64,000 nucleotides of DNA from positions 160,001-224,000 of the forward strand of contig JAZDKB010000015.1 of the NCBI GenBank assembly GCA_043803405.1, read 5' to 3'. The position numbers and the translations under genes were made by a program. Every line of letters begins with the position of its first letter. The stretch's first letter is position 1. This document shows positions 58,701 to 64,000 of this stretch, piece by piece. The stretch comes from Spirochaetota bacterium. GTDB lineage: Bacteria > Spirochaetota > UBA4802 > JAFGDQ01. The notes below the pieces were generated by a model. It made no database searches. It saw only the letters and a list, made by a program, of their open reading frames with translations, and was not told the DNA's origin.

Positions 58701-59915
58701 GGATACAATTATCTTTCTTTTTGATATGGGGCTGAATATCTGTTTCTGCTGGCCGGCAGGCAGTCTTGAATAAAGAGGAAAAACCGCGAAATTATATTTA
58801 TTCTTTTTTTGAAGCAGATCACATGTCTCGCGTATGTCCAGCTCCGTCGGCATAAATATGAGTATATCTCCGCCCGACGGGCATGGATGCCCTAGTGCAG
58901 GATGCGGACAGGATGTCCTCTTGTATCCTGCAGACGGGCAGGATGCCCTAGTGTCGAGTACGGTCACGGATGACTGTTTGTGTTCGACCGACGGGCAGGA
59001 TGCCCTAGTGTCGGGCACGGTCACGGATGACCGTTTGTGCTCGAAAGACATATCTTCTCTTAATAAAGATAATGCCACGTCGGCTGCCTGTTCAATATAA
59101 TCTGCCGGAATATTTTCTGCATCTTCAGCAGCATCGGTATACCGGACTTCAACTGGATACATTTTTCCAGATACTTCAATAACAGGAGCATTGTTGAACG
59201 CCTTTGAGAACTTGTCCGTATCAATTGTCGCGGATGTTACAATGAGTTTAAGGTCCCTCCGCCTGGCAAGGAGCCTTTTCAATATTCCCAGTATAAAATC
59301 AATATTGATGCTTCTCTCATGCGCCTCGTCTACGATGATGGTATCATAAGCATTCAGGTACGGATCGCCTGCTGTCTCTGCGAGAAGGATGCCGTCGGTC
59401 ATTATCTTAATGAATGAATTCTCCCCGGTCTTTTCATCAAAGCGAATTTTGTATCCGACTGAACTTCCGACTTCCTCTCCGAGTTCTTCCGCGATCCTGT
59501 TCGCAATGCTTATCGCGGCTATTCTTCTCGGCTGGGTGCAGCCTATAATGCCGTTTATGCCTCTTCCTGCAGCAAGACAGAACTTGGGCAGCTGCGTCGT
59601 CTTGCCAGATCCGGTCTCGCCGGATATAATTACAATATTATTAGTCCTGATAGCTTCTATTATTTCATCTTTTTTCGCGGTTATAGGAAGTTCCGGAATA
59701 TAAGAGAATGCCGGGATGTTTTTTTTACGCCATTCTTTTTTCTGAATAGAAAAACTTATCTTTCTCTTGAGCCTAAGGAGCTTATTTTTATCTTCAGTTC
59801 CGGATTTATTTTTTCTGCTTTTATGAAGCAGACGCTTTAATTCTTTTCTAAAGCCGTACCTGTCCGGGCTCATCACTTGCGGAAGCAGCAATTCAAGTTG
59901 TTTATATGGATCCAT
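55746..59915 (-). CDS. hrpA: ATP-dependent DEAH-box RNA helicase HrpA, carrying a 57-aa repeat insertion
   Basis: GETGSGKTTQ, TQPRRIAA, DEAHER, SAT, STNIAETSLT, QRMGRCGR, HA2, OB and C-terminal DUF3418-like WLIEEYKISVFA. Confidence 0.96.
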   Translation of the reverse strand: MDPYKQLELLLPQVMSPDRYGFRKELKRLLHKSRKNKSGTEDKNKLLRLKRKISFSIQKKEWRKKNIPAFSYIPELPITAKKDEIIEAIRTNNIVIISGETGSGKTTQLPKFCLAAGRGINGIIGCTQPRRIAAISIANRIAEELGEEVGSSVGYKIRFDEKTGENSFIKIMTDGILLAETAGDPYLNAYDTIIVDEAHERSINIDFILGILKRLLARRRDLKLIVTSATIDTDKFSKAFNNAPVIEVSGKMYPVEVRYTDAAEDAENIPADYIEQAADVALSLLREDMSFEHKRSSVTVPDTRASCPSVEHKQSSVTVLDTRASCPSAGYKRTSCPHPALGHPCPSGGDILIFMPTELDIRETCDLLQKKNKYNFAVFPLYSRLPAGQQKQIFSPISKRKIIVSTNIAETSLTIPNISYVIDTGLARMSEYSPTSGIVSMPIKAISGSSADQRMGRCGRVREGVCIRLYAKEDYEGRDRFTKPEIFRTNLAEVILKMTALRLGDISLFPFIDKPKQQAITDGYNTLIELGAIRKEDNSFSLTDRGRIMAALPVDPRLSRMLIEAGERKCMSEVLAIASMLSVQDPRERPPGKENEADKKHAAFTDRSSDFITLLNIWNKFTDLYNDNASQNKIRKFCRENFISYNRMKDIREIHAQLSGTLEENGLTLKKAVKKKHRFIKEYDLLYNAIHKSILTGFLSNIANKKTNNLFIASKQREVVIFPGSGLFGRAKDWIVCAELVKTSLLFARTAANIKPDWLEELAGDLCEYSYRDPYWDREKGDVYASEQVTLYGLEIIRNRRVLYGRKNPEEACKVFIRDALIEDMFTEIGLDGTAYAGKTAELFQLGREFQFLQHNVELIKNFMRIEKRIRKKILISRDDLYMFYADHIHDAYNIGTLDSLIKKNRNDDFLCMNDEDMLSSLPDYNKLKEYPETISINNITLDLLYKFNPGSEDDGITLIIPVSVLQSININLIESAIPGLYREKITELIKNLPKQYRRYFIPAADSVEKIIREMPKGNPMIASLQKFIYEKYNIEIPNQEWPPEKLPDHLRLKLSIRDKNGIEITSGKDAGNIIRELTEKYKARAFNEIKNKWEKEDIREWDFGDLPEEIKTKNENGLQFVFYPGLRKENGKLSLRIFMDMETAAGSHKEAVAELTAKELSGQLNIIKNELDVPDELKSAVMLFGGLSSIREQYHKRMMSKNFYKDIRSKQDFINNIKMMRESLREHGVHLRLLLIDVLENYTTATDKLGILKLQNKAIKPNLVFLNKIKDELNILVPRDFLLVYDDNELASLGKYIKALAIRAERGCANLQKDIQKEKEILLFKDALDHEYNILTKTTSNEKKKALRTFFWLIEEYKISVFAPEIKSGIKISGKRLEQVLEEIRKMN
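58876..59046 (+). repeat. Three tandem 57-bp twin-hairpin units inserted in frame in hrpA
   Basis: Units start gacgggca at 58876, 58933 and 58990; they encode x3 19-aa repeats ending ...CPS on the minus strand. Confidence 0.92.
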
Positions 59916-59957
59916 GATTATATCTGTAAAAATGATTTATATTAAGAAGCTATTTCA

Positions 59958-60007
59958 CTAGATAATTCCAGAATGAGCTAATATGGATATTATCTATTGA
60001 GCAGGCG
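59958..60007 (+). repeat. Truncated copy of the left end of the 10156-10272 element
   Basis: ctagataattccagaatgagctaatatggatattatctattgagcaggcg vs ctagatgattcttaaatgagctaatagaataatatctatggagcaggcg (10144-10192). Confidence 0.75.
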
Positions 60008-60009
60008 TC

Positions 60010-60420
60010 TCATCTTCCGGGTACTGAACATTTCCATATCGGGGGCAGGTACCCGCTTTCCTCCCACATTTTTGCCGCCTCCTCAATGAATATCCCTTCC
60101 GGTTTGCAATGCTCATTGTCCAGCTCTCTCGGACGCAGCATGCGGCAGCCATAAGGCCTGTCCTCCCACTTCAGTTCGCAGCCGTTTTCCTTTAAAAAGA
60201 TGCAGCCCACTCTGCGTACAGGATCTTTGTAATGCGGACGCACTACCCGCGCCTTTATGTGCTCATCCAGCAGCAGTATAATAGCATACCTTCCGCTTTC
60301 CACGGCAGCCCTTACAGCCTGGGCAGATCCGAATTGTGTCGGCAAACAGTGACCGGACTGCCGCCGACAGCACTCGCCCATACAGTGCGTGCACATTTCG
60401 GTTTCTCTATATCCTTCCAT
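60010..60420 (-). CDS. YkgJ-like cysteine-cluster (Zn/Fe-binding) protein (ATG at 60420 after GGAGG)
   Basis: CTHCMGECC...GCIFL...GC.L....RPYGCR motif. Confidence 0.75.
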   Translation of the reverse strand: MEGYRETEMCTHCMGECCRRQSGHCLPTQFGSAQAVRAAVESGRYAIILLLDEHIKARVVRPHYKDPVRRVGCIFLKENGCELKWEDRPYGCRMLRPRELDNEHCKPEGIFIEEAAKMWEESGYLPPIWKCSVPGR

Positions 60421-60882
60421 GCCTCCCCCTTCGTAAACAGCTCCTGTTTCATAACCAGGGCGACAAAATATTCTGCTAAAACTAATATTATTGGCCATCT
60501 TAAAAATACTAAAAAATGAATGCGATATTAAAAATTTTATTTATTTTATCAAATTTTTAAAGTTCCGGTAATTTTTAAGATGATAAAACATAGTGATTTT
60601 TTATTTTTATTCTGTAATCTGCATTTAGTGAATGATTCGTAATCCGCTAAAACAGGCACTTGTTTTTTATAGTAAACTGTTTAACCTATTCTAATAAGCA
60701 ACATATTTTTGTTAAATCAATATTACTTAAATTAATATTAAATTTTTTCTTTTTCTGAGAAATCCAAAAAGTTTAATTGACTTTTAAAAAGCTCATGTTG
60801 AAATTCGACCAATTTAATCAAGTCATTAATACTGGGTTAACAGGCGTTATTTATATATTTTCGACATCAGGAGTTAGATTTT

Positions 60883-61449
60883 ATGTCAGCAATTTCCGAA
60901 TTCCGCAAAGGTATGGCTATCCGTTACAATAATGATATCTGGGTCATTACCGAATTTCAGCACGTTACGCCGGGCAACTGGCGCGCTATGGTGCGAACCA
61001 AGCTGAAAAATGCAAAGACCGGGCGAGTGCTTGAAAATACTTTCAGAATGACGGATCAGATTGAAGAGGTTCGCCTCGAAGAAAAGGAAATGCAGTATAT
61101 CTATAAATCCGATGACGATCTATACTTTATGGACAATGATACGTTTGACCAGATCTTTATACCCGCGGACCTTTTAGGAGATCAGCAGCGGTTCTTAAAG
61201 GAAGGCGGCCTTGTCAAAATCATGTTCCTGGAAGGAAATGCCATATCGGCAGAACTTCCTGTGTCTATTGAGCTCCTTGTAGCAGAGGCCGATCCATCGA
61301 TCAAAGGCGCCTCTGTACAGAATATTATGAAAAATGCCATTCTCGAGACACGTGCCAAGGTACAGGTACCGTCGTTTGTAAATGCAGGTGATGTTCTCAA
61401 GATCGATACCAGGACAGGCAAATATATGGAACGAATTTCCCGCAAATAA
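60883..61449 (+). CDS. efp: Elongation factor P with a non-canonical PGNW loop
   Basis: FRKGM, FQHVTPGNWRAMVRTKLKN, FMD..TFDQ, VQVP.FV..GD..KIDTRTG.Y..R; AGGAG SD. Confidence 0.95.
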   Translation: MSAISEFRKGMAIRYNNDIWVITEFQHVTPGNWRAMVRTKLKNAKTGRVLENTFRMTDQIEEVRLEEKEMQYIYKSDDDLYFMDNDTFDQIFIPADLLGDQQRFLKEGGLVKIMFLEGNAISAELPVSIELLVAEADPSIKGASVQNIMKNAILETRAKVQVPSFVNAGDVLKIDTRTGKYMERISRK

Positions 61450-61715
61450 ACTATATATATTTAAAAATATAAGGCTGATTTTCTTTATTCAGAAAAAGCA
61501 ATTCATTTCTATTTGAATAATAAAATTTCTAAATCTCTTTTAATTCAATAATATATTATATAAGCTTAGTGATATCTTATCTTAATAGAATTATTTTCCC
61601 CAGATAAAATAAAAAATAGAAAATTATATTGACCTTTGCTAAAAACCGGTTATCGTAGCTGCCATTGTTCCAATATCCTTTTAATCATATTGAAATTCAA
61701 TAAGAGACAGGTATT

Positions 61716-62054
61716 ATGGATAAAACTCTTTCAATACAAAGCGGCCTTGGTAAAAGGCTGAACCAGGTAAAAAAGTTCGAAGAAAGAACGATTATGTTTA
61801 AAGGAAAAGAGATACCGCTGGTCAGCAAAATCACGATAGGCAGGGATCCGGATAATAACATAGTACTTAAAGACAAAATGGTTTCACGGTATCATGCCGA
61901 GATTCAAAAGATAAAACAGGAGATTTTCGTAAGAGACCTGAACAGTTCCAACGGAACTTATGTAAATGACTTCGAAATCCCGCAGAATAAATACGCAAGG
62001 CTTCAGGGAAAAGACAGGATAAGGGTCGGCAAAACAGAATTGATTATAAGATGA
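61716..62054 (+). CDS. FHA domain protein
   Basis: IGRDPDNNIVL.D..VSRYHA, DLNSSNGTYVN and D.I.VG. Confidence 0.92.
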   Translation: MDKTLSIQSGLGKRLNQVKKFEERTIMFKGKEIPLVSKITIGRDPDNNIVLKDKMVSRYHAEIQKIKQEIFVRDLNSSNGTYVNDFEIPQNKYARLQGKDRIRVGKTELIIR

Positions 62055-62182
62055 TAAAGGCAACGATGCTTTCCGCTTCATTTCCTGGCAATTACCATAT
62101 GGCTTAAAAGACTTTTATACCTGCATTCGGCACGGTACTGAATAATCCTTTCATACAGTTCAGTCAGTATTTTACTGCCACA

Positions 62183-63505
62183 TTAAAACTTATGAGTAAA
62201 CATAAAAATGGGAATTGCCATTGAAAGCACAGGCGCAGCATAATAGAGTCCGCGGTTATCACCGAAATATTCTGTAAAATGATATTTCTTTGTAATGATT
62301 ATCGCAGCAGGCACGCCGATGCATAAGCCTGCCACAATGCCCATCATTAATGACGCTGCTCCCTTTGCAAATCCGCTGGATTTATCCAGGTTCATAAATA
62401 ATTCATAGGCGATAAATGTAGTAATGCCAAAGAACAAAGCGCTTGTTGTTAAGTAAGTATTGAATTTTACCATGGGATTCGAATCGGGATTGTTCTTATA
62501 TCTATGCTCATAACAATAGATAGATAACGAAATGTACATAAGGGACAGTGCGCCTGCAGTTACACATTCAAACATATTCTGTCTGAACTGCGATTTCTGT
62601 GCTACTTTTACTTCACTGTAAGCTTTATCCTGAACATTATCGCTTTTTTCTTTTAAGAATGATTCAACATCGTCGTTCCTGTTTAAAGCCGCGTAATATA
62701 TTGCCGTCTTTTTATCGTTTGATAATAATTCGGCATCCGCGCCATGCTCAGCACCAAGCTTAACCAGTTTAAGGATTTCTTCTTTTGCTTCTGATGTATA
62801 ATGATGTCCGCGGGAATGAACATTAGAAAGAATATGCAGCTGCGTAAAGCCGTCGCCCGGCCTTTGAATGTTCGCATCTGCCCCGTTATCCAGGAGGATA
62901 CGGATTACATCTACTGAATCCTTAAACATGGCTTTCAATATTTTATAATACTTATCGTTTTCGCATTCGGATTTATAAATATCGCGTATGCGCATCATTT
63001 CATCCATGCTGTGTACTGCCCTTTCCGTTGCAACATGCAGAGCTGTTCCAGCTTTCAGCTTATATTGGTCACCGCTGCTTACAGCATTTACTTTTGCACC
63101 CTGCTTTATAAGGAGTTCAGCAATGCGCGGCCGATGCCAGTACGCAGCAGCATGCAGCGGAGTCTGATTATCGTTTCCGTAAATATTTATCTTTGCGCCA
63201 TGATCAATTAAAAGCTTTACCAGCTTTTCATTGCCGGAATATATTGCACCGAAAACAGGTGTACTGTCTTTTTCAAATACTCCTGTATTTCTTTCGTTCA
63301 CAGAAGCGCCCGATTTAAGCAGCCTGTTTGTCTCTTCAATATCCCCGCGTATGCATGCCTGGTAGAGCTGTGTTTCATCGTTATGTATCTGGGCAATGGA
63401 GTTATTTGGGAATAGCATGCAAACAAAAATAAATAAAGTATAACATACTGAGGCTATTATAATTCGTTTTGATTTCAGAAAAGATTTATTTGTATTCATG
63501 ATCAA
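62183..63505 (-). CDS. Exported ankyrin-repeat protein with a C-terminal multi-TM domain
   Basis: Signal peptide; TPLHAAA, TALHVA and LLDNGADAN ankyrin repeats; 3-4 C-terminal hydrophobic helices. Confidence 0.88.
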   Translation of the reverse strand: MIMNTNKSFLKSKRIIIASVCYTLFIFVCMLFPNNSIAQIHNDETQLYQACIRGDIEETNRLLKSGASVNERNTGVFEKDSTPVFGAIYSGNEKLVKLLIDHGAKINIYGNDNQTPLHAAAYWHRPRIAELLIKQGAKVNAVSSGDQYKLKAGTALHVATERAVHSMDEMMRIRDIYKSECENDKYYKILKAMFKDSVDVIRILLDNGADANIQRPGDGFTQLHILSNVHSRGHHYTSEAKEEILKLVKLGAEHGADAELLSNDKKTAIYYAALNRNDDVESFLKEKSDNVQDKAYSEVKVAQKSQFRQNMFECVTAGALSLMYISLSIYCYEHRYKNNPDSNPMVKFNTYLTTSALFFGITTFIAYELFMNLDKSSGFAKGAASLMMGIVAGLCIGVPAAIIITKKYHFTEYFGDNRGLYYAAPVLSMAIPIFMFTHKF

Positions 63506-63600
63506 CAGTACCTTTTCACGATGTTTATTTTAATTTAAAATAAGCATTATTTAATTAGTTCTTGATGAATAATTCAGTTTAACACAGCAAAAGCATGGTT

Positions 63601-63625
63601 TTTCTCCCGCCTGCGGCGGGGGAAA
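63601..63625. repeat. Short GC hairpin (REP-like or terminator) between the ankyrin paralogs
   Basis: tttctcccgcc-tgc-ggcgggggaaa. Confidence 0.45.
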
Positions 63626-63685
63626 GGGCATTGTTCACCAAAAAACTAATTAAATTTTCTACTTTAAATAATTCATTATTAAGAA

Positions 63686-64000
63686 TCAAAAATGATATAT
63701 TATTAATGGAATTAAAATTGAAGCAACAGGAGCAGAATAATAAAGCCCGCGGTTGTTCTTAAATGATTCACGATTATGAAAACCAATAATCCCACCTGCT
63801 ACTCCGCCTGCAATACCACCGATAAGCATATACAGCTTACCTGTGTAGATACGGCCTATTGCAACACTAAAACCTCCTTCAACACCTGTAAAAGTATTAA
63901 TTGCTACAGAAGCGCCGATAAGAGCACCTCCAAGAAATCCAATCGCGCCGCCTGTTACAACAGAATTAAAATTTCCCATGGGATTATCGGCAGGATTGTC
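63686..64000 (-). CDS. 3' end of a paralog of the ankyrin/TM protein (5' truncated by the window edge)
   Basis: Frame is open to 64000 (DNPADNPMGNFN...NRGLYYSAPV); matches NNPDSNPMVKFN...NRGLYYAAPV of 62183-63505. Confidence 0.8.
   Translation of the reverse strand, partial: DNPADNPMGNFNSVVTGGAIGFLGGALIGASVAINTFTGVEGGFSVAIGRIYTGKLYMLIGGIAGGVAGGIIGFHNRESFKNNRGLYYSAPVASILIPLIIYHF

Noticed and set aside
58876..59046. Intein or self-splicing intron in hrpA
   Set aside because: The insert is only 57 aa, built from tandem repeats, with no terminal His-Asn or splicing blocks, and it is far too short for a group I/II intron.
757..63211. Numerous antisense and alternate-frame ORFs in the ORF track (e.g. 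3803-4603, 12111-12728, 33296-33862, 57415-58167)
   Set aside because: They are shadows of well-supported genes, with no motifs or ribosome-binding sites.

Overview
This is a 64-kb bacterial chromosomal window, probably from an anaerobic diderm; a Spirochaetota-like origin is my inference from the SH3 lipoprotein, GerMN, OmpA/PD40, FHA and ankyrin proteins and hrpA. Housekeeping genes include birA, pheS/pheT, cyaB, alr, recC, an RluA-family synthase, hrpA, efp and a P2A ATPase. A ~14.5-kb minus-strand [FeFe]-hydrogenase locus contains, in order: a two-component system and pseudo-receiver, a kinase/DRTGG/PHP/ATPase module, hydC, an hndB-like ferredoxin, a hydB::GltD fusion, hydA, then aspA-hydF-hydE. 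Also present are two type II toxin-antitoxin pairs, a FIST-like (DUF6976-type) gene pair divergent from a fused ahbAB, an accessory stretch (43-52 kb) and several families of intergenic palindromic repeats. The most notable findings are: (1) a GGA-loop twin-hairpin repeat that occurs intergenically inside 27-bp inverted repeats and also as three in-frame 57-bp units inside hrpA, with + strand covariation; (2) a HydB whose C-terminal ferredoxin domain is replaced by an NADPH-type GltD module; (3) an EF-P with a PGNW loop tip; (4) the FIST-like/small-protein pair. I recognised no rRNA, tRNA, CRISPR array or transposase. All product calls come from motif recognition by eye, not database searches.
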